A stretch of 64,000 nt of DNA from Candidatus Moraniibacteriota bacterium. Its GTDB lineage: Bacteria > Patescibacteriota > Minisyncoccia > Moranbacterales > GWC2-37-73. Positions within the stretch are counted from its first letter, which is position 1; every line of letters begins with the position of its first letter. A program made the position numbers and the translations under genes. The stretch lies in assembly GCA_003507445.1 (NCBI GenBank), contig DNVR01000009.1, positions 2,485 through 66,484 of the forward strand. The letters run 5' to 3'. Below the pieces are notes generated by a model. That model saw only the letters and a list, made by a program, of their open reading frames with translations, made no database searches and was not told the DNA's origin. Below, one piece after another: positions 30,662-41,100 of this stretch.

Positions 30662-30859
30662 ATGTCTTTAAAATCATTTCTTTTGGGATTTTTAACACAA
30701 ACGAGCTATGTCTGCAAAAGTGAACGTGGGGGTGAACGGTGTGGCAAAATTATTCTTGCCTACTTTAAACCCACCGAATGCCCTCGTTGCAAAGCTCCAA
30801 GCAGTTACCTTGAAGAATCTCCCACCAAGGTTCATCCTATAAAAAGAAGAAGTGTTTGA
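30662..30859 (+). CDS. Small zinc-ribbon-like protein
   Basis: C..C and CPRC pairs; own promoter TTGACA(30581)-17-TACGAT and SD GGAGG. Confidence 0.7.
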   Translation: MSLKSFLLGFLTQTSYVCKSERGGERCGKIILAYFKPTECPRCKAPSSYLEESPTKVHPIKRRSV

Positions 30860-30922
30860 ACTAAAAAATCTTATCCATTAGGCGCTGGAATCCTCCATCG
30901 CCTTTTTTATTTCTACGCTTTT

Positions 30923-31669
30923 TCATTTAACCTTAACCTCCGGTAGCAAATCCCAGATGAGTTGGAAAATGAGTTTCATTGTTTTGTGAATTTCTTCTCC
31001 TTCAATAATAAGTCCGATTTCTTCTTTGGCTGACATTAAGGCGACTTTTTGATGACCGTAAACATTAATTTCAATTGAAAAGGGATATTTTTTATGATCA
31101 ATAACCTTGGTTATACGAAGTTGCTCCAAGTCCTTGGAAATAAAATTTTCTTTAAGCATTTCTGTCCCAGGAACAATACCTTTTGCCCAAATTCCATTCT
31201 TTTTTCTTTTTGCCAAATATTCCATCGCCCAATCCATCCCCAAAACTTTCATAATGTCATCAGAAGCAAACCCCAATATTTCTGTTTTATATTTCAAGGT
31301 GTCTTCATACACTTCTTTCAATCCTTCTTTTCCTTCATAAAATCTAATCTTTGGCTTTGCACCACGCACATTATGAATTGATTGCAATTGTGGCAAAATT
31401 TCCGAAAACAATCTTTCCTTGTTTTTCAAGTTTCTTTGAATCTTTTCCGGATCCTCTCCCACAAACAAACGCTTCTTTCCTTTGGAGGTTTCAGAAATCA
31501 AACCTTCTTTTTCCAAATCCATCAAAATGTCATAGCAAGTCGTCCTTTTGATGCCTGCTTTTTTCGAAATTTCAATCACACTCGAACTTCCCAACTCCAA
31601 AGCAGCCAGATACGCATCCGCCTTTTTCCCTTCCAGCCCCAATTGTTCCAATATTTGCCTTATATCCAT
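30923..31669 (-). CDS. TrmB family transcriptional regulator
   Basis: LGL...ADAYLAALELG, KRTTCYDIL..LEKEGLI wHTH, KIRFYEGKEG. Confidence 0.9.
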   Translation of the reverse strand: MDIRQILEQLGLEGKKADAYLAALELGSSSVIEISKKAGIKRTTCYDILMDLEKEGLISETSKGKKRLFVGEDPEKIQRNLKNKERLFSEILPQLQSIHNVRGAKPKIRFYEGKEGLKEVYEDTLKYKTEILGFASDDIMKVLGMDWAMEYLAKRKKNGIWAKGIVPGTEMLKENFISKDLEQLRITKVIDHKKYPFSIEINVYGHQKVALMSAKEEIGLIIEGEEIHKTMKLIFQLIWDLLPEVKVK

Positions 31670-31680
31670 ACCTCTTAATG

Positions 31681-31785
31681 TGCCATCCTGAGCGAATCCG
31701 CCAGCAGGCGGAGAAGTCGAAGGATCCCGAACTAAATCTCGCTATCCGTAATTTTACGGGATTCTTCACTACGTTCAGAATGACG
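31681..31785. repeat. REP-like inverted dimer with nested TCCGCCAGCAGGCGGA
   Basis: TGCCATCCTGAGCGAA...GAAGGATCCCG ... CGGGATTCTTCACTACGTTCAGAATGACG. Confidence 0.75.
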
Positions 31786-32062
31786 AATTTTAATATTGCT
31801 ATATGCTTTATGTCTTATGCTATATGAAATTTGTCGACATTTATCGTCAACATATATAGTATACCATACTGACATTATTTGTCAATATTTGGCTTAATTT
31901 AAGCAATTTATTATTTTCTGCTCTCTGATGTTCTTGAATATTTGACGTTTATTATTGACATTTTACCATTTTTGGAATATCATACGTTGTTACGATGAAT
32001 TACCAAGCAAGACATCACAACAAGTACTTTCAAAAAATTCACATGCAAAGGAGTTTACCCTC

Positions 32063-32494
32063 ATGCAAGATCTCATTTACGAGTTTTTAAAAATTTCAGC
32101 TAAGAGAGCCTGTTTTTTTGTTTTACCTAGCGAGGAAGAAGGATCTGGATGCATAGAAGTATTTTCAGATTCCAAGACAGTAACTATAAAACCATTACAA
32201 ATAATTCTGCAAACTAGCGAAGAGAACTCGGTGAGAAGTTACATACATCTCTTAGATGCTGGATTTGAAATTCTTCATCCAATTGTACTCCTAAACCTTT
32301 TGATGTTAAACCAAATGCCGAAGGAATGGCGTGATATGCACATAGATTTTATTGGTGCGTGGTTTTACAGGCCAAAATATGGTCTTCTGACTATATCAGT
32401 AGATTGGTTTATGAATGATTGGGTCATTCATTATGACAGGTTGAGCGACGATAGAAAAAATAGAGTGGTGGCAACTGCGACACTAACTAATTAA
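32063..32494 (+). CDS. Hypothetical protein
   Basis: SD AAGGAG before MQDLIYEF; divergent from TrmB. Confidence 0.6.
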   Translation: MQDLIYEFLKISAKRACFFVLPSEEEGSGCIEVFSDSKTVTIKPLQIILQTSEENSVRSYIHLLDAGFEILHPIVLLNLLMLNQMPKEWRDMHIDFIGAWFYRPKYGLLTISVDWFMNDWVIHYDRLSDDRKNRVVATATLTN

Positions 32495-32607
32495 TTTATG
32501 GCAAGGGAAAGAATCTTTTCCCTTGCCTCTCTCATTGAGCCCATCATTGTGGTGGATTCATAGGAGAAAAAGTTATTTTACAACAAAATATATAAAAGGA
32601 GATTGCT

Positions 32608-32943
32608 ATGAAAATCTATAACGTACTAACACAAGTTGTCATTAGACAATTAGATGAAAAATCAGAAAAGTATTCGGAATGGGAGAGTTGTTTTATCCAT
32701 ATTCCAATACCTTTCATTCCTTATTTACTAGAAGGAAGGCATATGCATCTTTATCTTTGTGATTCCAGTGGCAAAGAAATTGAATTGCCTTTCACTCCGG
32801 AAGAAGTGAGCTGGACATCTAATGGTACTAAAGAGGGACTATGGAGTATGTATATGACTATGGATGTGCGCACTTATAAAGATGAGTGTAAATACCTTAT
32901 AGGACTATTCAAAAATGATACCAGATATAAGAAAATTGCCTAA
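32608..32943 (+). CDS. Hypothetical protein
   Basis: SD AAGGAG; 111-aa ORF followed by terminator. Confidence 0.65.
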   Translation: MKIYNVLTQVVIRQLDEKSEKYSEWESCFIHIPIPFIPYLLEGRHMHLYLCDSSGKEIELPFTPEEVSWTSNGTKEGLWSMYMTMDVRTYKDECKYLIGLFKNDTRYKKIA

Positions 32944-32996
32944 CCATATAAAAAATTCGGGGCGTGTACTTCCTTTTGTGCATTTAACAATTCATC

Positions 32997-33027
32997 GACC
33001 ATCGCAAACTTGCGATGGTCTTTTTTT
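32997..33027 (+). terminator. Intrinsic terminator
   Basis: GACCATCGCAA-ac-TTGCGATGGTC-T tract. Confidence 0.8.
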
Positions 33028-33038
33028 ATTTCTTTACA

Positions 33039-35165
33039 TTATAAAGTAGCATGGTAAAAGAAGTTTAGAAGATTATTTAATTGCAAATTTAGGCCTGAAA
33101 AAATATTTTTCAAAAACACACTTGCGTAATGTTCTTTTTCTTGAATTTGCGGAGTGAAAAAATATATTCCATCAACTTCCCGCACAGTTCCAGAGCCAAG
33201 AACCCGAGGAGTGGTTTTCAATAATTCAATTTCTACATCCTCACCACCACTTACTAATAATTTATTTTCCTCCAAAGCTTTCTTCAAATTCCCCTTCTCC
33301 CCTTGGGAGAAGGTGCCCATGTAATCATGGGCGGATGAGGGCGCATTGTTTTGATTATTTGAATTTGTATCTTGATTATTATTTGTCTCTTGTTGCTTGG
33401 TTATTGTTTCTTGTCTGCCAGCTGTCGGATTGTTTGTATCTTGCCCGCCTCGCGTCGACCCGCTTCGACTTGATGAATTATCTTGTTGAATCGAGGCGAG
33501 CGAGCGATCGTCTTCTCGAGTCGAGGCGGGTTTTTTGATTATTGTATCTTGCTTGGGCTTCGCCCAAGCCCATCCTCCTTTAACTTTTTGATATACTTCT
33601 CCATCCGCAATAGATTTATTGGGATATTTGTATTTCACTTCGTGCGCAACTTTTCCGTCGGGATATCTGAGTTGAATTTTAGACTTGGTGTTGTTAAGTG
33701 TGAAACTTGAAACAACACTGGTAATTTCCTTGGATTTATTTTTCTTAATGATTACATCCTCCCTGATTGGATGATTGATAAAATCTTTCCAGCCAGTTGC
33801 GATGCTCCAACCATTTAAGTTAATTTTATTTTTTGATTTGTTTTGCACAGTAATATGTTCAACTCCTGTGTCAGCGCCAGCAGGATTTGCATTTATAGCA
33901 ATGATTTTTACTTCCAGATGTGGAAATTTTTTAACTTCCACAACAAAATTTTGCAAAACATCTTCACTGCCATCAGACAATTTCACTGAGCCATTATATG
34001 TTCCAACATTTTCATATTTGTGTCTGGTTTTTGCCAAAGAACTCTTGTGTCCATCTCCAAAATCCCAACTTATTTTTATTTTATCGCCATCTCTGTCACC
34101 GCTTGAGACAGAAAAATCAGCATAAACATTAACAAAAACGTCTTCATCGATTTTTATTTTTCCATACGGCTGACTGTTAAAAACATTTTTCTTTCCTTCA
34201 GTCAAAAATTGACTCCAAGACCAGGCGCTTCCATTAAAATTATACGAACGTCCTTTTTTCGCGCTGCCTTCATAACTAACACTAGCAACAGGAACCGCAT
34301 CAGTAGGGTTATATAGCCCAAGAAATTCTCCTTGTGTGTCATTAAGCGCCAATGTGCATTTTTTCTCAGCATTATTTTTTATAACCAAAAATTTTGAGAT
34401 TACGGGATCAATAATTTCACCAGTCAAAGCGCAATTTTTTCCTGCTCTGTCTTTCAAATACCAACCTTCCAAATTTTCAATCTTATCACTTGAACTATAC
34501 AGTTCCACAAATTCTTCCAGCCCAGAGTTTTTCAAAGGAGCAGGAAAAATTTCATTGATAATTATTTTATCTGAATATATTTCTGGTGTATCAATAATTT
34601 CATCCTCTTCATCCTCTTCTTCCTCATCTTCTTTTTTATTTTCTCTATTTGGAGTTTTTTCCATCCAATCCCAATCAGTTCCATTAAAACTGTACGAGTT
34701 ACTTTTATTAGAACTTTTAATATATTCTTTTCTTTGAACTTCCAAATTATCTGCGTCGTATAATTTTACTAAATCTCCATCATCATTAAGGTATAAGTTC
34801 CCGCTGATAATCGCATATCCACCAGCTGTTATTTCAACATTTTCAAAATATTTTCGATGCTTATTACTATCGGCGCTACCTAACTCATCAGAAATGCTCC
34901 ACTTATTCAAGCTACACTTTTTAATACCTGTGTTATAAAGCTCAACAAACTCCTCAGTAAAAGGAAAGATTTCTGATAAAATAACTTCATTTTTACATAC
35001 CAGCACCACATCTTCCTGCCCTACAACCATTGCAGAAGGAACAAAAAGCACCACGAAGAGTAGCACTAATAGTGTTTTTATCCCCACACTTATTTTGGTT
35101 TTATTAAAAATTATAAAAAATAAACTTATTATAATTGATAAACAAAATAAAAAAACATCACACAT
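33039..35165 (-). CDS. Lamin-tail-domain and PKD-domain surface protein (start uncertain)
   Basis: Three LTD-like repeats (ILSEIFP/IINEIFP..EFVELY, NP.G.D..E.I), PKD WDFGDG. Confidence 0.82.
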   Translation of the reverse strand: MCDVFLFCLSIIISLFFIIFNKTKISVGIKTLLVLLFVVLFVPSAMVVGQEDVVLVCKNEVILSEIFPFTEEFVELYNTGIKKCSLNKWSISDELGSADSNKHRKYFENVEITAGGYAIISGNLYLNDDGDLVKLYDADNLEVQRKEYIKSSNKSNSYSFNGTDWDWMEKTPNRENKKEDEEEEDEEDEIIDTPEIYSDKIIINEIFPAPLKNSGLEEFVELYSSSDKIENLEGWYLKDRAGKNCALTGEIIDPVISKFLVIKNNAEKKCTLALNDTQGEFLGLYNPTDAVPVASVSYEGSAKKGRSYNFNGSAWSWSQFLTEGKKNVFNSQPYGKIKIDEDVFVNVYADFSVSSGDRDGDKIKISWDFGDGHKSSLAKTRHKYENVGTYNGSVKLSDGSEDVLQNFVVEVKKFPHLEVKIIAINANPAGADTGVEHITVQNKSKNKINLNGWSIATGWKDFINHPIREDVIIKKNKSKEITSVVSSFTLNNTKSKIQLRYPDGKVAHEVKYKYPNKSIADGEVYQKVKGGWAWAKPKQDTIIKKPASTREDDRSLASIQQDNSSSRSGSTRGGQDTNNPTAGRQETITKQQETNNNQDTNSNNQNNAPSSAHDYMGTFSQGEKGNLKKALEENKLLVSGGEDVEIELLKTTPRVLGSGTVREVDGIYFFTPQIQEKEHYASVFLKNIFSGLNLQLNNLLNFFYHATL

Positions 35166-35232
35166 AAGTGTGGGGGTGATTTTGAATGATTTTTTAATCC
35201 GTAACTGAAAAAAGTCACGGACTTTATGCTTG

Positions 35233-35289
35233 CCCTGTGAAATAATTTTGCTTTTGGCAAAATTCCTGGCACACAGGATTTCACAGGGT
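35233..35289. repeat. CCCTGT...ACAGGG-ended palindromic element
   Basis: CCCTGTGAAAT...ATTTCACAGGG with two inner hairpins. Confidence 0.7.
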
Positions 35290-35339
35290 GAATGTTTTTG
35301 TTTCACCCGAATTTTGCCCCCCATCTTGAACAATAAAAA

Positions 35340-35918
35340 CTATTCTTCTAATTTTTCCTTTAACATTTCTCCAAAATTTTCTGTTTTCTTGGTTTCAGCT
35401 TTTTTCTGGAGCTCCATAATAATATTTTTCACGTGATATGGATCTGACACTGTACGAAAAACAAATTCACTTTCTTCTCCAGCGGTTTGCACTCTTACAT
35501 CACCATAATTGATAACTGTTGGCAAAAATCCAACCACTTCAGTAGTAATATCTTGAATTTTTGCAAATCTAAGCTCACTAACACTGCGAGTGAACATCCC
35601 TTTTTGCTCAATATTTATAATTCTTTCAGTTGTGATGATCCAAATGTCAAAATAATAATCCACCCAAATCAAAAAAGAATAGATCCAAAGAGCCAGGACA
35701 AAAAAGTTTTCCATAAACGCAACTACTGGCTTATATTGCCCCTTAAACATTTCTGGAAAAAATACTGGCGCCCAGGAAAGACCAGCCATAAAAATTCCAC
35801 CAATTAAAAACACGAGAAAAAATTGCTGCAATAAATAAAACCAATTGCGATGAAGAACTTTCACGATAGACTCCGTGCCATTAAGATCTTTGAAATGATA
35901 TTTTGAAAATCCATCCAT
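35340..35918 (-). CDS. Membrane protein with bacterial PH domain
   Basis: Two TM helices then WIITTERII..EQKGMF, IQDI, YGDV.VQTAG. Confidence 0.85.
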   Translation of the reverse strand: MDGFSKYHFKDLNGTESIVKVLHRNWFYLLQQFFLVFLIGGIFMAGLSWAPVFFPEMFKGQYKPVVAFMENFFVLALWIYSFLIWVDYYFDIWIITTERIINIEQKGMFTRSVSELRFAKIQDITTEVVGFLPTVINYGDVRVQTAGEESEFVFRTVSDPYHVKNIIMELQKKAETKKTENFGEMLKEKLEE

Positions 35919-35949
35919 AAAAAGTTTTCTTTTTTGGAATAATTATTTA

Positions 35950-36171
35950 TTAAATGATCCCAGCAAAAAGCTGCTTTAAATTAATAGCAGTGAACAGCAC
36001 AAAATTAGTAAACAAAAGCACGCCAACCACTGGCACAAATATTACAAGCATTAGCAATCGTGAAAGAAAAGAGTATGAATAAAAAACAATATGAAAAATA
36101 ATAAAAATGCTCATCAAGAACATCGTGAAGAAAACGAGATAATACAAAATTTGAAAAATTGGAACTAGCAT
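35950..36171 (-). CDS. Small two-TM membrane protein
   Basis: 73-aa hydrophobic ORF in operon orientation. Confidence 0.65.
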   Translation of the reverse strand: MLVPIFQILYYLVFFTMFLMSIFIIFHIVFYSYSFLSRLLMLVIFVPVVGVLLFTNFVLFTAINLKQLFAGII

Positions 36172-36399
36172 TTCTTTTAAATCATAATAAACTTCTGAAG
36201 AATAAAATTTTTAAAAAATACTTTTTGATTGAGTAAGCCTTTATTTTTTCTACAATTTTCCTGTGATTGTGTCGATTGAGGGAAAATTTTAGATAAAAAA
36301 TAAAGAGCGTCGAGAGGATTTTTTCAAAAATTTTAATTCTGAAGATGTTTATCTATTTTTTTATTTTTATTTCTTATTTTTATTATACCACAAAAAAGT

Positions 36400-37410
36400 C
36401 TAAACCAATTTTCTTTGGCTGTCTTCTGGCATATCAATTCCCATATGAGCATAACCGTGCTCGGTTACCATTCTTCCGCGCGGAGTTCTTGTCAAAAAGC
36501 CTAATTGAATTAAAAATGGTTCGTACACATCTTCAATTGTTTCAACTTCTTCCGAAGTGGCAGCAGCAATAGTGGAAATTCCAACTGGTCCGCCATTAAA
36601 TTTTTTGATAATGGTTTCCAAAATGAAACGATCTGTCGGTTCAAGCCCAAGCTGATCGACATCCATCATATCAAGCGCCTTCCTGGCAATTGCACTATCA
36701 ATTGTCTGGTGGTCATTGATTTGAGCATAATCCCTAACACGCTTAATAATTCTGTTTCCGACGCGAGGAGTTTTTCTGCTTGAAACCGCAATTTCTTTTG
36801 CTCCACTGTCCTCAAGCGGTATCCCCAGAATTTTACCAGAGCGATGAATGATGCTTTTCATCTCGTCTTCATTATAAAATTCCAAACGATGAATTGCACC
36901 GAAACGATTTCGCAGCGGATTAGAAAGTGCTCCTAATCTTGTCGTAGCTCCAATAAGCGTGAATTTGGGCAAATCAAGTTGCAGTGTTCGAGCCGATGGC
37001 CCTTTTCCAATAATCACATCCAACTTATAATCTTCCATGGCAGGATACAAAACTTCTTCAATCAATTTGTTGAGCCTGTGAATTTCATCAATAAAAAGCA
37101 CGTCGCCATCTTGCAGGTTGGTCAAAATTGAGCCAAGATCACCCACTCTTTCGATTGCAGGACCAGAAGTCACTTTAATATTAACACCCATCTCGTTTGC
37201 AATAATATGCGCCAAGGTTGTTTTTCCAAGCCCGGCTGGACCATACAAAAGCACGTGTTCGATTGATTCTCCTCGTTTTTTGGCAGCATCAATAAACATC
37301 TGCAAATTTTTGCGGATTTTTTGTTGGCCGACATATTCACTCAGACGCTGTGGTCTTAGTGTTACATCCAAAACAACGTCATCTTCTTGTTCTTCTGAGG
37401 TGGTAATCAT
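36400..37410 (-). CDS. ruvB: Holliday junction DNA helicase RuvB
   Basis: LRPQ, GPAGLGKTT, FIDEIHRL, IGATTR, RTPRGR. Confidence 0.97.
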   Translation of the reverse strand: MITTSEEQEDDVVLDVTLRPQRLSEYVGQQKIRKNLQMFIDAAKKRGESIEHVLLYGPAGLGKTTLAHIIANEMGVNIKVTSGPAIERVGDLGSILTNLQDGDVLFIDEIHRLNKLIEEVLYPAMEDYKLDVIIGKGPSARTLQLDLPKFTLIGATTRLGALSNPLRNRFGAIHRLEFYNEDEMKSIIHRSGKILGIPLEDSGAKEIAVSSRKTPRVGNRIIKRVRDYAQINDHQTIDSAIARKALDMMDVDQLGLEPTDRFILETIIKKFNGGPVGISTIAAATSEEVETIEDVYEPFLIQLGFLTRTPRGRMVTEHGYAHMGIDMPEDSQRKLV

Positions 37411-37677
37411 TTCATGGAGCATGAAACATAAATCATGGAACAAAAATTCCACAAAATGTTCCTAAAAAATTCATTCTAAACCTTTTCATATATGTTAAGC
37501 CAAATTTATCAAAAAAGCTAGTGATATTAAAATGGAAAAACTGAAACAAATGGACCATTTCGGCGTATTATCTATTGCAAGCAGTAATGAGGCTTTTATT
37601 TTTTGTGCATTTATAAATATTTTGGCTTTTTTAGCTGTTTTGTGCCATATTTCTGTTTGTTTTCTAGTATCACTTGA

Positions 37678-37776
37678 CCCCGTTAGAAATTTCAAAAGTA
37701 AAAACAATAATTTGTTGATTTAGAGCCACAAAATGTAAACTTTGGATTGATAATACTGGTGAAATTTCTAACGGGG
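37678..37776. mobile_element. MITE-like CCCCGTTAGAAAT...ATTTCTAACGGGG element flanked by TTGA direct repeats
   Basis: Terminal inverted repeats; TTGA at 37674-37677 and 37777-37780. Confidence 0.75.
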
Positions 37777-37805
37777 TTGACAAGAAAACAAAGCTGTGCT
37801 AAGCT
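37777..37805 (+). promoter_or_regulatory. Sigma-70 promoter for the candidate ncRNA
   Basis: TTGACA-17 bp-TAAGCT with extended TG. Confidence 0.7.
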
Positions 37806-37812
37806 GAACAAT

Positions 37813-38010
37813 CAAGTGAGAAAGTATTATTGTTTTCATTAACCTGTAGACAGTTGGTGACTTCTATCTTTTGTCATCAATATCGGTTGCTTTTTTGTCC
37901 AGATCTGGGTAGGGCGGTTTCGGCGGCCCTGCACCTCGACACTGCAACTTCCCCGGGGGATCTATCTCCCGGGATATGTCTACAGATTAATGAACACAAG
38001 TTGCACTTGT
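37813..38010 (+). ncRNA. Candidate structured ncRNA (6S-like or novel)
   Basis: GC-rich, 18-bp closing stem 37835-37852/37977-37994, three internal arms, own promoter and terminator, no credible ORF. Confidence 0.6.
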
Positions 38011-38016
38011 TACCGA

Positions 38017-38051
38017 AAAAAACCTTCAAGCTTAGCGCTAGAAGGTTTTTT
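38017..38051. terminator. Bidirectional intrinsic terminator
   Basis: AAAAAACCTTC...GAAGGTTTTTT. Confidence 0.78.
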
Positions 38052-38111
38052 TGTTGTTTATTTTTTGCATTTGTATTTTCTAGAACCTAGTACCTAAAAC
38101 CTAAAACCTAT

Positions 38112-41100
38112 TTAAATGACTCTCTCCACCTCCTCCAAACTTGTTTCTCCTTCGAGAACTTTAAGCATTCCGTCTTGCTCCATTGAGATCATCCCATTTT
38201 CCATTGCTTTGTCGCGAATTTGGGAAGATGAGGCGCTTTGAGTGATAAGCTCTTCGATGTCGCGATCAACCACCAACACTTCGCTGATTGTGGTTCGGCC
38301 TTTGTATCCGATATTATTACATTTGTCGCAACCCTTGGCTTCAAAAACTTTTTCTATATTTGGAACTTCAATGCCAGATTTTTCAGAAACGTTTCCTAAT
38401 ATTTTTTTCATTTTTGAAATTTCGCCTATAGTCAAATGTCTCTCGGTTTTGCAATCACAGAGCTTGCGCACAAGTCTTTGCGCCATCAGAGCGTTAACAG
38501 CTGTTGCAAGATCATCTGAGCGCACTCCCATATTGACCAAGCGCTGAACTCCGCCTGCTGCATCGTTTGTATGAAGCGTTGAAAGAATTGAATGTCCTGT
38601 TAGAGCTGCTTGAATGGCAATGTTGGCTGTTTCTTCATCGCGAATTTCGCCAATCATCATAATGTCAGGATTTTGACGAAGAAGTGCTCGCAGCGCTGTT
38701 GGAAAAGTGTATCCTTCTTTATCATCAACAGAGGTCTGCAAAATTCCATCCAACTGATATTCAATCGGATCTTCAACTGTAATAATTTTCACTTCAGGAT
38801 TATTAAGAACTTTCAGTGCACTATACAAAGTTGTGGTTTTTCCGCTTCCCGTTGGTCCAGTTGTCAAAAAGACACCATTTGGCTTTTTAATTTCACTAAT
38901 AATTTTTTCCAAATTTTGTTTCCTGATTCCCAATTTTTCCAAATCAAGAGCAATTGATGATTTGTTCAAAAGCCTCATCACCACAGTTTCGCCATAGCCG
39001 CCCAAGATTATCGAAACACGCACATCAACTTTCGTGTCTGTGATATTTCCAAATGGTTTGTCCAAAGAAATTGAAAAACGAGAATCCATAACACCGCCGC
39101 GCACTTCCGTTGAAAAACCACTCAAAAATTTGATGCTGCCCAATAAGCTTGGATATTCATTAAGCGGAATTTCTGCAATTGTTTGAAGGATTCCATCCAT
39201 ACGATAACGAATTTTCACACTTTTTTCTTCCGGTTCAATGTGAATATCCCCCACATTTAAAAGTAAGCTGCTAGCAAAAATATATTTGGCAGAGCTTTTT
39301 TGATTTGATTTTTCAATTAAATTTTTGAGCGATTCCACCGGCTCCAAATTTTGTGAAACCAAAAGCATATCCTCCTCGGTAATATCAATTGCTCGCGACA
39401 TCGATTGTGACATCAATTTTTCATATATTTCCTCCAAAAACTCCGTTTGTCCTGTTGCGCGCCAAACTTCCTCCATTGAAGTTAATCCTTCAATAGCTTT
39501 TAAAATACCGTCTTGCGCCATCGTGATCATCCCATCTTCCAACGCAGTTTGGGCAATTTCTCGTTCTCCGCCCATTTCCAAAATCAATTTTTCGATGTTT
39601 TCACTAATAGTAAGAACTTCAAAAATTCCAATTCGCCCCTTAAATCCAAGTCCGTGACATTTGTCGCAACCAACTGGACGATACAATTTTTCAATAGTCT
39701 TAGGAATTTCAAGTTTTGCCTTAGGAGAAATAATCGACAAGATTTTTTTAACACTGTCAGAAGTTTCTCGCGCTGGAACATATTCCTCTTTGCAATGTTG
39801 GCAAAGTTTTCGCACAAGACGTTGTGCAATAAAACAATTTACTGATGGTGCTATCAAATTTGGTTTAACACCAAGTTCAATAAAACGCGGAATGGAAGCA
39901 GGTGCATTATTGGTGTGCAGTGTGGAAAGCACAAGATGTCCTGTAAGCGCAGCATTAACTGAAATGTCTGCCGTTTCATCATCGCGAATTTCGCCAACCA
40001 AAATAACATCAGGATCTTGACGCACCACTGCGCGAAGGCCTTCTGCAAATGTATAATTGCGATCCTTGGCAACTTGTGTTTGAGAAATGTTTTTTACTTC
40101 ATATTCAATCGGATCTTCAATCGTAATAATCTTAACACCAGCAACATTAAGCTTGTTTACCAAGGCATACAGCGTGGTTGTTTTTCCTGAGCCAGTCGGC
40201 CCAGTTGTTAAAATCATTCCGTGAGGTTTGGCAATTTCTCTTTGCACATTTTCATATGCCAAGCCACGCAAACCCAAATCCTCAACCGAGAGCAAAATAT
40301 CAGCTTGACTTAAAAGCCTCATTACCACTGATTCTCCGTGACTTCCAGGAATAATATTCGTCCTGACATTTATTTTTCCATTTTCCATATCAATGGAAAA
40401 ATGACCATCTTGTGCAATGTCACGAATGTTTATTTTCATTTTCCCCATCATCTTGATGCGAGACAAAATGAAATGATATGTGTCATTTGGAAATCTTCCA
40501 ACATCTTGCAAAATTCCATCAATACGAAAACGCATTCTAACCTCTTCTTCTTGCGGTTCAAAGTGAATATCACTGGCTTTCATTTTCACGGCGCCAGCCA
40601 TAATGATTGAAATGATTTGAGTGGTTGGAATTTCACGAATACGCTTTTTCAAATCAAGCATACTGCCAAATTCTTTCTCAAATTTTTCCAAATCCTCGCC
40701 ACTAAGAGTGATTTGCATCGCCTCCAAATTTTCCAAAAGCGGAATGTCGGCATATCTCTTCCAAATTTTTTCCAGAGAAGCATTTGAAATCACATACAAA
40801 TGAATCGTCCAACCATTTTCATTTTTAAGGCTTTCAATTTGATCGAGAGTTTTTTTGTTTGCTGGATCAACAAGACCCATTCGTAATTCCTTGCCAGCTT
40901 TTTGAAACACGCAAATTTGAAATTCGCGCGATTGTTCCTCACTGATTGTGCGCATATCCTCCGCACCAACAGGAAAAATATTCAAATCAACATAGGAAAG
41001 ATCATATTCGCTCGCCAACTGTGCTGCTCGTTCTTCTTCAGACTCTCCTCGCATATGTTGAAGAAGCTTGCCCGCCTGCTCATCCTTGTCAGTATTGTGA

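Noticed and set aside
37830-38090. 86-aa + strand ORF
   Set aside because: TTG start without SD, runs through the terminator; better explained as structured RNA.
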